From the NCBI RefSeq assembly GCF_037042905.1, contig NC_087251.1, forward strand, positions 19,966,001-20,030,000: a stretch of 64,000 bases of DNA, read 5' to 3'. Below are positions 1 through 14,200 of this stretch, piece after piece. The notes beneath the pieces are model-generated. The model was not told the origin of the DNA, did no database searches, and worked only from the letters and a program-made list of their open reading frames with translations. Source of the stretch: Lytechinus pictus (Eukaryota). Each line of letters starts with the position of its first letter. Position 1 is the first letter of the stretch. Made by a program: the position numbers and the translations under genes.

Positions 1-168
1 GTGAAATTAAAAATTATTTTCTGATTATTATGGGAAAATCTGTGACAAAATTAGATTATCGCATTGAAAATTTCACAATTTTGCTCGCACTCTTTGCTCG
101 CTTGCACCTTTTATAAATTTTGCCACATGTCTGGCCCTTCAGTTTTTTTGGGGGCTCATGACGCTACT
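1..168. mobile_element. Right end of a CAGTGGCG-terminated non-autonomous DNA transposon (hAT-like)
   Basis: Ends ...GGCTCATGACGCTACTG, the inverse of the CAGTGGCGTAATGAGCC terminus at 11221; carries the GCTCGC internal motifs of that family. Confidence 0.5.
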
Positions 169-1446
169 GTCAAAAGGGGAATGACATATGTCATGGATGA
201 TAAGGAATAAATACCTCACTATTATGGAGAAATAGTGCGCATTGAATGAAAAAATGTCGTGACTGTAACGATTATAAAAATGTGAAGTACATCAAAACAA
301 GAGTTAGTTTACAGACACAAATAATTATGTCTCCAATTAGTTTTGTAAGTGTTGAATAACAGATCATAGACAATGATGGGTAACCTGGTTAAACATGATG
401 TTTTAAAGGAATAATTCGGACGTTGTTTTTTTTATATATTAACAAATAGATTTTCAAAAGCCATGTGACAGGAGATTAAGTGAAAGTGTCCCTTCTGATT
501 CTGATCTTGTCCTCAAAATCGAATACCTTTAAGGGTGACGAGAATTTATCTTATACCATGAATTTTATCTTACAGAACTCATCACTGTAGGAACGTGACC
601 TATTGATCAATGGTTTGAATTGCCAAAAGTCCAAAACCGTGTTACAGATATTAATAGTACCTGATTATTTGAAATTATGAAACACTAAACTAAATAGAAT
701 TCAAAGAAATTGCAAGTACATTGGCGGGTAAGCTATCCATTTCCGTAAAATTCGGTTAAAGACGTTTCTGAGAAGGGTTACTCTTAACCATGTTAACAAC
801 GAGCTCGCGGGATTTCCCCCAAAACGGACGAACAATCAAAAGTGATTTCGAGATGTCATGCGTCTATTTGGAGTGAAATAAGTTCATAAGTGATACAAAG
901 TTACAACTTTGAAGTCTGCATTTAGAGTCTGTTTGTTAGTCTAGAAAGGAAGTTTATTATGATTGAATATGAAATGTCAACATCCTGCCTATCCGGTATT
1001 CTCTTTCCTGGACTAGTTTAGATCAAGTGCAGTCAGAGTAGTTAGACTCCATACTCAGTGTATAGAGAGTGGGTGAAGGTATACAGTGGTTGGTTGATGG
1101 AACAGACAGGGTGAGAGGACAACACAGCGGTAACCCATGACAACCAGCTGCTCAAACCGCTCAAGACCTAGCAGCCATGTTGGGTGTCAGCAGGTAACCA
1201 TCGCACGCTTGGCCTCGGGGTCGCTCGCCCAAGCTTCATGTGATTGTGGAGTCTTGTATGCTATGCAAGCATTTACACGGAGCAAGGCATCTTGAGAGTG
1301 AAAGTTATAATTGTTTTTCTTGACCTGGTCGATGGAGTAGAGACTACACGTCGCGCTCCCCATCCCAACATCCATGCTGATATCATCTTGGCTGCAACCT
1401 TATCCCTTGGATGGTTGTATGACGACGACTCGGGTGTTATCCCGCC

Positions 1447-2264
1447 ATGGAAGCAGCACCTACGCCACTTGAAACGGTGAGATCGGAATTAGACACGACC
1501 ATGAGCGTGGCGGAGTCAGATATCAACCTCAGCTCAGCCGGTGATACTTCCAGCACCACAGACTCCAACGCTGGGATATCATTACCCGTGCCCACCAGCT
1601 TGATATCGAATGTAGATAACCCAACATGCAGTAAAAGCAAGGAAGTGGAGTGCCTCAATTCGCAGTTGAACAATCAGCACGGAGTTATCTCGGGTGGTGC
1701 CGGGAATGGCGGGCCTGGTATCCTCTCTTTCTCCGCCCAACAAGTCGTCTGCGTCTGTGAGGCGTTGCGACAAGAAGGCAATATCGACAGATTAGCACGA
1801 TTTCTTTGGACGTTACCTGCTGACGAGACTCTCCAGAATGATGAGACGGTGTTGCGGGCACGCGCTGCGGTGGCATACCACCAGGGCCATTATAGGGAAC
1901 TTTACAACCTCCTCCAAAACCATAACTTTAACCCAGCCTTCCATACAGAACTCCAGGACCTGTGGTACCAAGCCCACTATAAGGAATCTGAAAAGTTACG
2001 GGGTAGGCCCTTGGGTGCCGTGGACAAGTATCGCATTAGGAGGAAGCATCCACTTCCAAGGACCATTTGGGATGGGGAGGAGATGGCCTATTGCTTCAAG
2101 GAGAAGTCGAGGAATATGCTGAAAGAATGTTATAAACAAAACCGGTACCCCACGCCGGATGAGAAGAGGAATCTGGCAAAGGTGACAGGACTCACCATGA
2201 CTCAAATTAGTAATTGGTTCAAGAATAGACGACAAAGAGACAAGTTACCTATGTCTCTCAAAGG
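1447..2264 (+). CDS. Six4/5: Six4/5 coding exon 1 (SIX domain + homeodomain)
   Basis: [13 protein letters not shown]...[10 protein letters not shown]...[80 protein letters not shown]. The YKQNRYP segment is Six4-like. Donor AGG|GTAAGT after 2264. Confidence 0.96.
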
Positions 2265-5200
2265 GTAAGTTCGTATGCAGGATGCCAAATAATAGATATT
2301 AACCATACAAAACCAACATTCAATTTCATTTAACGTTTAACTAAACTGGCATTTATTCCCTTCAGACTATTATTTCACTAGGGTCTATATCACTCGTTGG
2401 CGACATAAGAAGGTTTGAAAGTTTTTGATGAGATAACAACTAACAGATATTGTCAAGATCTGTCATGACTGTTATGTAATTTTTTTGGTTTTTAATGCTA
2501 GGTGGTAGATGTGAATTTCAAAATGAGAGAGATATCTAAATAATAGTTCACTTCCCCCATGATGATCCCATGATGATGAATTTAACAATTATTTGAGCTA
2601 TTAATGAGAAAGGGTTATAACTAATTTCGAAATTGCAAACTTAATAATAAATGCTTTCCCTTTCATGACCAGGAAGCAATTTAAAATCTCGTGAATTTTT
2701 AAGACAAAAAAAATGAATAGAAAAGTCCATTATTTTTTTCTTATGATTAATGACGATTAATTTTGGCATAAATGCCGCTCTTCTTTTTGTGAATCTACCT
2801 TAAATCTATTTTAAATGAAGTAGTAATCTACTTAAACCATGCATGCCGCTTCAAGATGATAATATCAGAGGAGAATGTTTATTTACCGGCCACGTATTCC
2901 ATAAATAAATAAATACGTGCATTTTCAATGAGGAAGTAAACACACCAAAGCATTTATAAAATTAAGAAATTTGAGTGCAATAAGTATACAGTTCTTCCTT
3001 TTTTTTCCATGACGATTCGCAATGATAGTGAAAATGTAAATTTTATTAAGGAGTGAACAAGCAATATAATTTTATCCGAGATCCCTTCCCCATTATGTGT
3101 AATTTTTGCTAAGTGTCACACTTTTTTTGAAGTAGAAAAGTTAATATTTCCATATTGATTATTCACTGGAAAATGAAAATCAATGATTTATAAATATCAC
3201 CATTTCAACAATCAAAGAATGTAATAATCACAAATGTAATGACCTTTTGTCTTTTTCTATTCTATATAATTCTGGTATAAGTTAAATGATTTTTGTATAT
3301 GTTTTATTAAAGAGAATCAACAGAAGAATAATTTCATATTTACATGATCATGGTGATAAGTATGGTTTGAATAAAACCTTCATTTACCCTGCCATCATGG
3401 AATTCGGAAGAATAGAAAACGTGTTGCAGGTTTTATAATCAATTTTATTTTCAATTACGTCATGCAGCAGTTTTTAATATATCATCAAAATACGTACAAT
3501 TTAAATGATTTATACAGAACATGTAGAAGGATCTTTCTTTTATATGAGTTGTTAACAGAATAAGTCACCCGATCTCTGATAGTTGTTTTTATGTAAAAAT
3601 TAACTTGATGAAAGCCTAGGCATAAAATCTTATTTCACAGAGGTCATATAGTTTCTGTTTTAAATAGATCATTATTGTTTTGTTTACTTTTGATACCAAA
3701 AATTATATTGATATTTCATTTAATGCCCCGGCAGTGCGACAAGTGGTGTGATGTATACCATGATAATTTCATATCAACACCAATGTAACTGATATTTTTT
3801 ATGGCGTAAACACAAAGTCATTTACCGATCATCATACCATTTCGTTTCAATTCATTATATATAGACTTTGTTTTATGTCATAATGATTATCATACCAAAT
3901 TGCATATCTAGAATAACTTTCTATATCAGATCTAACATCGCGAACATATTAGGTATCAATGAAATGAAATATTGCAAAACATTTATGCACACTGTGCTCA
4001 CTTTGATGATTATACACTTGCTATTCCAAGCATAATTATTGGATATCAACGTGACTACACCATCATGTTACCTATCATTACACCAATATGACTTCAGTCT
4101 TTATTTTGATACAAAATAAAATTAAATATTAAGTTGAATAGGTTTTTATGTCAAAAAGACTGTATATAGAAATTGGTTCATTAATCGGAACCTTGGATAA
4201 TGGCTGGCTCTGTTATGAAACGTATTGTCGGCGTCCCATACTTGGGCAGGCTCCCATTTTCCGATTTTCGTCACCCTTTTTCATATGATCATATTCATCG
4301 ACCCATTAGTATATACTCTATGTTCCAGTATAGTTTGCCAACGAAGAAATGAAGGTGAATGTCAATTATCAAATTAAATGCAATTCATAAGAATAAAAGA
4401 GAGGACATTTGCGGTGTATAGCAAACCAGACCAAGTTAATGGCGGCCGACATACCTTAAAGGTAATTCTGAAAGAAGACCCTGTTTTGATCATCTCACGT
4501 TACTACAAAGCTGACGGGTGATTGTTGATACGGTGATAGAATAATGTTAACTGTATCCAATGACATGTCAATGAGGTTTGGAGCACTCAACCCATTTTCA
4601 CATCTATACCATTATTGAAAGAATTGTGTAACCAACTCTTCTATACTTTTGTTTGCTTTATAATACAGCAAATTTCAAATGCTGAAGCGAATATTGCTTT
4701 TGTGAGATACATTGGTAAATTATTATTCATAATAGCACATTTTGTTTTTGCATATCATATTGATTCATTCATGTTATTTTAAGTAACTTTTTTAGGATAA
4801 GCTGAAGTAACACGTGTTTTAGTCCGTTCAATAAATTCATTGTCTTTTTGTCAATTTTTGTGTGACGATCGCATTCGGAGTTGTCTTCGAGTTTTTAAGT
4901 GTAAGACCCTGTAAAATTCAGGAGTTGCTTGACACATGTTACATGATCCCATCTTTCACATCGACTCTCATTGATACTCATTGTTAATTTTTCTCAGACC
5001 AGAGGTTGTTTATAAATTCAAGACATTAATTACCGAATGTGAATTTTCAGGAATGTCGATCAATATTCAAAATTACAGAAGAGCCATAATATCTAGAAAA
5101 TACGAATATAGAAGAAAAATGTAGAAATTTAGTAATCGCAAGCCTGGATACAATCGTAATGATACGCACTGTCAAGCTACCAGCTATAACGTCTTCCGCC

Positions 5201-8200
5201 ACAGTATAAACGACATCAATCATCCATAAAACATGAGATGAAACGGACTTGTATTTCAAAGTTCAAACGTAAAAAAAGTGACAAATTTAATTTAAAAGTG
5301 AACCTTCACGTATAGACTTTACATCTGAAGTTGAAAATTAACTACCAAACTTTTACAGAGTGGTTGTTGTAGTCTCTGCATGTATCTGTCGATATAATTT
5401 AGATATAAAAAACGATGTTGACTAAGATGATTAAAAAGAAGTATTCACTTGGGCCTCCATAAAGGGAATGATTCCATTTGAGACAGAAAATGTCGTACTG
5501 TATAATACCGGGTTATTACTGCACATATTTTCTAATTCTGTAATATTCTTCTGAGCACCTACCTAGGACCAGTGTCCAATGGGCTGAATAATATAATGGT
5601 TCTGTAAATTGCATCTGTGGAAGATAAAACGTTATGATTTCAAGGGATGTTTTCCAAAGAGTTCAATAGTTGCGCAGAGAAGATCGTCTTGTAGACCCTT
5701 GTACTGTAAACAAGTCTTGATACATAAACTTTTTTTACATAATATAATATAAACGTTTTGAGTATGATAGAGATTATGATTAACTATCAATACCAATAGA
5801 AAATTATCGGTAAATAAACAAATTTTGTATTCCTAGCATCGAATTTGTGGTATAAATGTTGTGAATTGTAAACTTAACAAATGTGTTTTTATCCTCTTTC
5901 GGGTTTAGATTATGAGACTACATTATCATAATGTTGCATGCTGGTAAAGAACAAGGAACAGTTTGGGTATCCCGGAACTCGAGGTGATGTTATTTGATTT
6001 GGCTGTGGCATATACCTTTAAACGAATAATAATTATAGTGCAATGACACTAAATGGGGCTGAAGAAGTAAGTGAGGATGATTGACTGCCATAGGATTTGA
6101 TATGCTAGAATTCCTACACGTCATGTAAGGTCAGCTCGATTAGCCTTCAACTTGAAAAGATTTTCTAACAAGATATGTTATTCCAATTTCTATATGGATC
6201 AGATAGTTGAGAATCCAGACACCGGCCATAATCCTTCGTTTACTATTAAAGATGCATTGTGAAAACCCAACCAAGCTAAAGCCCCCTCTAAGTGTTTTTT
6301 TTTTACATCATATTCTGTCACAGGGATAAATGCAACCGTTAGTGTGTATTCCCCTTTCATCTTTCTTCAGATATTCCTATATATATTAATTACGTACAAA
6401 TTAATTGTTTAAGTCTTATAACATCTTGAAGATTTCACATTTTATCTAAATAAAATATAGACTTATAGAGTATTTAACTGTTTATACTTTATGCGTTATA
6501 TGACTGTACTCAACTATGAATTATTTGCAGTGGAAGTGTTAGTGTAGCTTTACAATGAGCTACAACCTATAACTTGGGCGTAACCTTGATAATACTGCCA
6601 AGTGACTTAAAACAAATTATAATCTCAATGGATGTTTTTACATTTTCCTCTCCAAGTTTGTTCTCTCTATCATATTACCATTTTACTTTTACACCACTCT
6701 ATCCATTTCCTTCCGTTGATTAGTATATATTTCATAAATGTAATATGATTGTCCACATGATTCCTACCCTTGTCATTGTGATCTTCATCGCCAGATAAGA
6801 ACGAATATACAATAGTAAACTAATGATTGTTTTTATATCTTGAACAATTACGGAAGGTGTAGGCCTACTGATGGTGTATGATAATTTAATTTCATAGATT
6901 TTGATTATTCATAATCTTCCTCTTTTTTTTTAAACAATGGATTTATGATGGTTTGTTGGCAAATTAGAAAAATGATTCGTATCTTACAGAAAAATATGAG
7001 TAAGTATGTAGCCTGTATGTGCGATTATGACACTGATAATATTTTGAATGTTAAAATGATAATTTCTCAGGAATTCGCCACTGAGTTTGGAATTTGCATG
7101 TACTGTATATTTGAAAAATGCCTGTGATCATCATCTAAATTGCATTATTATTGAGTTTCTAACGTCTCCAATTCATTGTTATTTTGACGTTTTACTGATT
7201 ATACGTGTAAGCCAATATTTTCAATATAATTTCAATATAATAAGTAATCATATTTTCTAATAGCATTTCACGGACTTCCACGAAATCAAAATTTGCCTGC
7301 AATGATTTCCCCTTTTTATCTTGGAAAAGGAGACGGTCCCCCTACCATTTCAAGAGTACCCGTCATTTTGAACTTGAATAAGTGCCTTTGTTTTGACTAA
7401 ATCCCCAAACAGTCACCGGAGTAACCGTCTGTTTCTTGTTGCTACGATCCTCCCAGGTCAAAGGTCAGCCCGTGGGAAGAGTCGAACTATTTGACCTCGC
7501 GGGGTCACTCGAATTACAACCTCGTTTTTTGTTTTGGAGATGGATGATGTTTCAACCCAGATAAGGATGACGAAAATACGAAAATGATATTGGATATGGC
7601 AACATGAAGGTGTGATTTCTCCTCTTTTTATTTCAACATACAACCACCCCCATCTGATACAAAGATTGATTTTTTGTTATGTTGATATTATCATTGCCAT
7701 ATTTTTAAAGTGATATGAGATACGTTTATACGTGAAATGCAACCGTTAATGCTCAAGGGTGCTAGTATTGGAGCACCCCCCCCCCCACACACACACACAC
7801 ACGCACACATCCACAACATTCACGTTACACAACTTTGTCAAAAAGCTACTCATGAAAAGGGAAATCGTGGAAAGCGAGGGGTATAGAAAAAAGGGATGAT
7901 TTTATTTAAAGGCTAGGTCCACCCAAACATAATTCATTTTTTGTTCAATTGAGAAAAATCAAATCAACATAATAATGACAGCTTAAAAAAAACATTTAAA
8001 AATATTTGGGCAATTTGTAAGTTTTCCCCATTTTATCAAATTGTGACAACCATAAGCGAATGAGATAATTACACATTATACACACTCGATAAGTATTATT
8101 TTTATGTAAATTATTGTGTTGCTCACTGGATTTTGGCTACTTATTTATGCCCATATCATATAATTTTATTTTAATTTTATTTCATTCATTTCCAGTTCTA

Positions 8201-11200
8201 TCAATTACAAAGATCGTTTTCTGTTGTACATCTTCACATAATAAGTAAACAATAAGCATATTTAAAAAGTATTACGTACGATATAGACTATAATACAGGT
8301 TGGCGATGGAGGAGGCTGCTAAAAACCCAAGGTTGTGGAGTGTGTGTGACATCCAATTAAAAACATTTTTTGTTAATAGAATAGACGGAATAAACGTAAG
8401 AAAATAAAAATAGATCATGATATCACTTAAATAGAAAGTGTAAAGATGACTTTATACAAGTACACGTCATTTCATGATTGTACATATAACGTGTTAATTC
8501 CAACATATTGGATTTCAGTGAGCAATCAAACTTTCTTGTGATTTTTTAGATGCACTATTTGTGAGTGGGCGGAGGAAACGGGTCACATTAAATCGACAAT
8601 TTCTGTCAGTCGATGATAATTCGTAGATTGATAATCACTTTTGTTAAAATAGATAAATAAATTTGCCATCTAGCAAGTCAATTCAGGCAGATGTCAAAGG
8701 AAATGTATGAAAATCCTTATGTTAAAAATACAATATAATTATTGAGCAAGGATGTACTACTTTTGCGAAGAATTCCCCCTCCCTGGAAAAATTAAATTAA
8801 ATTATACTAGATTATGATAAATAGTGATGAAAATAATAATTAAGAAGTAAAGACGTAAAGAAAGAAATTAAGAAGGAAATAAAGAAATAATTCAATGAAG
8901 CAGTCATTAACATGACAGCAGACTCGCACACATTACAGTGAATGTCTTGTAGTTTATATTCATAGTTTTCTTGGTACCACAATGTGTTTAATAATGTTTC
9001 TATTATATGCCTTATTCCAATTTTTACTTCTTAGCCTTACTCATTTCTTTTCTTTGTAGATTCGTAAAAGATATCATTTTTTGGCTTTATATTTTCGTTC
9101 TATATGTATTGTAAAATATTTTGGTGGAAAGCGATGTGTCAATTAGTCACAGTCTGATTAATATGAAAAAAAACTTATGATTCTAAATACTTTTGATTCG
9201 GTAAGGACAATCCGAGCTTTATGTACTGCCTTATGTGTATTTGAAAACTACGTGTGATCATTATTCAAATCGCATTATATTGAGTTTCTAAAGTCTCCGG
9301 TCCATTGTTGTTTGACGTCTTACTGATTATGCATGTAGGCCTATATTTTCAATATAATTTTAGTGAAATAATTAATCATATTTTCTAATAGCGTTCCACG
9401 GACTTTTACGAAATCAAAGTTTGCCTGCAATGATTTCCCCGTTTTGTCTTTGAGAAGGAGACGGCCCCCTATAACGTTTCGAGAATACCCGTCACTTTGA
9501 ACTTGAATAAAATAATGATTAAGAAGTAAAGACTAAAGAAAGGAAGAAAGATTAAAATAAATGAATAATTCAATGAAGTAGTCATTAGCATGACAGCAGA
9601 CTCGCACACATTACAGTGAATGTCTTATAGTTTATATTCATAGTTTTCTTGGTACCACAATAAGTTTAATAGTGTTTCTATTACTATTAGTTGCCTTATT
9701 CCAATTTTTTTAGCCCTACTCATTTGTAGATTCGGAGAAGATATTATTTTTTGCTTCATTTTTTTCGTTCTATATGTATTGTGAAATATTTTGTCGGAAA
9801 ACGATGTGTCAATTAGTCATAACCTGATTATGTCAATCAACTTATGATTCTAAATACTTCGATTCGATGAGGACAATCCAAGCTTTATGTGCTGCTGTTG
9901 TTGAAATCACTTTGTTATCATGATTTATCGGTCATTTGTGTTATTGGTTTAGATAAAGACAATAACAAACGATCCCAGAGATGCAATATTTGCAGTATGT
10001 CCTATTTTTTTACCGTATTTTGTACAACACCCAGTCCAAGTAGTTTCCAGAAAATTCGGTTATCCGATATTGTAACTCAATATATGAGTATAATGTTTTT
10101 TGCATAAAGGTTAAGATTGCCATTTTATACTAAAGTTTGCCCTCTCAGCTCCCCCAAACCATCATTTTCATCATATTTGAATTCCGTGTAGTAGCTTTAG
10201 AAAAATCATTCATTTTAATATATTTCTTAAATTGCACATACATGTCTTGGAAACATGCAACCTTTGTCTTAACATTAACGACAGGAGTCACACCTTAGTA
10301 TGTTTCATTTCATTTCGTTACTGTATTTCACTCTTCTATTAAAGGTAAGATGAATTAGAAACAAAAGAAAATGGCATGTTATGCTCCTCTAGGCGTTCAA
10401 ACTGTTTTAGCACTGGTGTTGCATGTGAATGTATTGTCTTCTATTGTTATATGAAACACATTATTGATATCCATCCTTACAGCAAATACTTTTTTCTCTT
10501 TAACCGAATTGATTAGTAAGTCTTAGCTACTATGAATTTCGATATATATAGGCCTACTTCCTCATACAAACCAAGATATCAAATTTGTTAAGAAAACTTT
10601 AAAGCATCAACATCTTTTGGTGATACATCCGGCATTGTATTTTCATCGAGGGCTTATAAGAATGGCAACTTAACGGGTTCAAATTTCATCTTAAGGATGT
10701 ACATATCTTTCCCCTTTCTTAAAGGTACAAAAAGCGATGTTGAAAACTTTTAAGTGTCATCAGCACTCAGCACTATACCTTTAAATGGGTCGCGAATTGG
10801 GCTCGGTGAGTTTTTTTTTAACTCTCCTATCTTGACAGATTATGGGAGGTTAATACAGAGCAGGGGTATGTGATGTGACACATTACAGGGTAGTTACACC
10901 CACCCCTAAATATTTGAGAGGCTCGCCTGACCTTGTCTTGGGGCGAATAAAACTGATTGATCGGTTCTCGTTCCAGGTGCCGAGAGTAGCCGACATCTTC
11001 TGCGTAGTTCAACGTCACTCGGCCGTTCGGCTGCTCGGAGTCAGTATGTACATAATGTAAAAACGTGATAATAATCAGCGTTATTGATGACAGTTAGGTC
11101 CCTCTGATATAATTATGAATGGTATACCTCTGGAGACATCTGTGTTAATATCTCCGTGGTATATATCCAAGGAGCTAGTTTATGTACTTAATGCTCGACG

Positions 11201-14200
11201 CTCTATACAGTAGAGACCTACAGTGGCGTAATGAGCCAAACATTTTGAGGGGGCTAGATTATGGCGTATCAGCCAAAATGTATCAAAAAGTTTCGAGCGA
11301 GTGAGCAATAATTTCAACATTTCTATTACAAATATCAAATTCTGTTATATATTTTGGCATATTATTCAGGAAATAATATCATACATCACCCTTATCTCTT
11401 TCCTTTTTCTTCCTTGGTCGTGAAAAATTAGGGGGGGACAAGTGGCCCCAAGCCCCCCCCCCCCCTCCCTCTGTACGCCACTGCAGATCTGTATCTTATT
11501 TAATGTAATGGGAATTCTGAAATTCATATACTTACATCACTTTGGTTTACCACATGTAATATTAATACAGGACAAACACCTGAAAGAGTTGAAACGGGAA
11601 TTGTGTCGTCAACCCCCCCCCCCCTCCCCGATAAGGTGGTATGATGATTCAAATCGAGTTTTACAGTTAATAATGGGGTTCTGCATGGAGGTGAAGACCC
11701 AATTTTATTTGATTCGGTTGATTGGAAGTACCATTATTTAGTTGCATACTGCCTGATCTGTTTGTAACTATTATGTTTCGTATCCTTATGACAATGACTT
11801 TCATGTCATTCTACAGTCCTAAAATAATTATGAAGGCCTATCGTGAGAGGTGTGTCTATTTTGGGGGTACAATGTTGATAGAAATGAAGGTACACTAGAC
11901 CAATGAATATATTCGTGATTATTTTTTTCTCTCGGAAATTCACAATGATCTTGTTTGATTAAAAGGCCTACATTCTAAGACATGATAGCTTGATCATGGA
12001 ACACTTTCGATAAAACCATTTAATGATAAATACAACTATATAAAAAGTCGTTGCTACGTGCAAGTTGAAGAGCCTCATAGGCCGACATTTTGTATATCTG
12101 CATTTCTATGTGAAACTGCGGAAGGAAGTATTTTCTCTCTAGATATTTCCTTATGTGGCATGTGAAGAGCTTCATAAACACAAGACAAACGTCGTTGCTT
12201 CGAATCAATGGGGAAAGGTATAGATAAGAAGCAAAATTGACACAATTCCCCAGTTGCATTCACAGAAAATCATAATATAGCCTTCATATTATTTCTTTTT
12301 CATAAAAATTACATTTGTATTGAGTTTGTTGCGTACACAAATGTAATAAAACAGATGCCCGTAGAAAATAAGTTCTAAAAAATGTATTGGCTAGAATTAG
12401 CATACACAATGTGACAAGTAGATGCTAGAAACATGAATATAAGCAAACAGATATACAAGAACATAAAGAAAGTGATGGGGTTATTCAAAGCATATAGTTT
12501 TTCAATTTGAAGTAAAATGATTTTTTTTTCTCCATGGATTGCACAACGTCGAATGTAATTCTCTTCATTCCTCTCTTCGTTTGTTTTGTCTACTTTTCCA
12601 TTCGTTAAATAACGAATAGAAATTGAAATGAAATGAGGTTTAAAAAAATACTAGCACATGATGTTGATCTGGTGTTGTGCACCATTATGCAGGTCTGAAA
12701 TCATGTGGTTCATGTCATTTGTCAGCACCGAAACCAAATACGTGTATTTCAGAGTTCAAACTTGCACCAAGACTGACTGAATGGTATCTGAGCGAGTAAC
12801 AAAATAATAAATTGTCATAGAAATAATGTTGAATTTACTGTGTAATATTGGCCATCAAAGTGAAGTTAACGAGCGCATTTTAGTTATCTGACGTACTTCA
12901 TCTATATCTTGTCATATCTCGTCAACCCCAATAGTCGGCTGGCAATCCTGGGACTGAAGGCATAACAAGAACATAATGTAACAATCATTAAATTATGAAA
13001 ATGAATTTCAAACTTTGAGGAACCCAAATCAGTGTTGATTTTTTTTCTTTCAATTCCTTCCTCAATCAATTTCGACAATTTTAAGAGATTTGTTTGTAGT
13101 ACACTTCCCCTTATGAGCAGCGGGGGAAAAGATAATCTAAAAGTGTATGTGTTACTTTGAATCGTACGTTTACTCTAAGTCTCGCAAGATAATGCCCATT
13201 ATGTGCAAAAATGTTAATTTTTCACAAGTTCCTGCTCATTTGAGTACAAAAGTCAAGTGCTTTTAAAATTTTATTAACATTTCCTTGTACCTTATGATAT
13301 AGTAAGGATCGTCATTTGCTCTTAAAAGTTTCAACTCTTTGAATGTAAAGCAGAACTGTAATCACCCACTGCGTACACGATTGTTTTATATACAGATATT
13401 TTTTATTTCCCCTGATCAGTGTCACATCAGAGTAATATTTTGAAGGTAAAAAATATGATTTTTACATTTCCCTTTTGCTACTTATGTTTACCATTGTTTA
13501 GAAAGAGTATCGTGGAATAGTAGTATCAGAATGTGCATTTTCACAATAAATAATATCGCTTTCGAACTTTTAAGACAGCGTTTTATTACTGCAGAATTGA
13601 CAAAAAGGAAAATCGCCATTGAATTACGGATAGCTTATCGAAAAATCATGGAAATTACAATTCCATGCGTTCAGGGAGGAATCAAAATTCAACATAATAG
13701 GAAAGTCAAAACAAATTATTGAGCAGACCTCAATTTGAAAATTTCATCAAGATAAGATGTGAAATGAGAAAAATGCTGAATCAAAAAAAATCCTTATGCA
13801 TTTTGAAATGAGAGAACCGATGGTGTTACCCACTTACTATTTTTTTTAATCTGATGAGATGACATTTGGCATTACCTTTACCCTCATTGCAATATGAAAC
13901 AAGAAGTTTTGATTCCTATAGCTCTATGAACGCGAGGACATGTCATTAAGGAAGTATACGCAGACGCCTTCTGGATTGTCAAAATCCCTTCATGACAAAG
14001 CAGTCTTTGTCGAAAATCGATGAATCAAAACAGCAGTGTTCTCCTGGACTCTGGACAAACGTCAAATTTTGCAGTTTTTCGTCCGGTCTGAATCTCAGGA
14101 TAGACCAAGTTTCGACAATAGCCTCTCAGCTGTCCATTGTGATTTGACGTGCATTTTCAATAGATTTACCACGTTGCCGAATCCGTCCCCGTTGCAGCTG

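Noticed and set aside
1187..2235. Several alternative-frame and antisense ORFs overlapping Six4/5 exon 1
   Set aside because: Shadows of a GC-richer coding exon, with no recognisable protein features.
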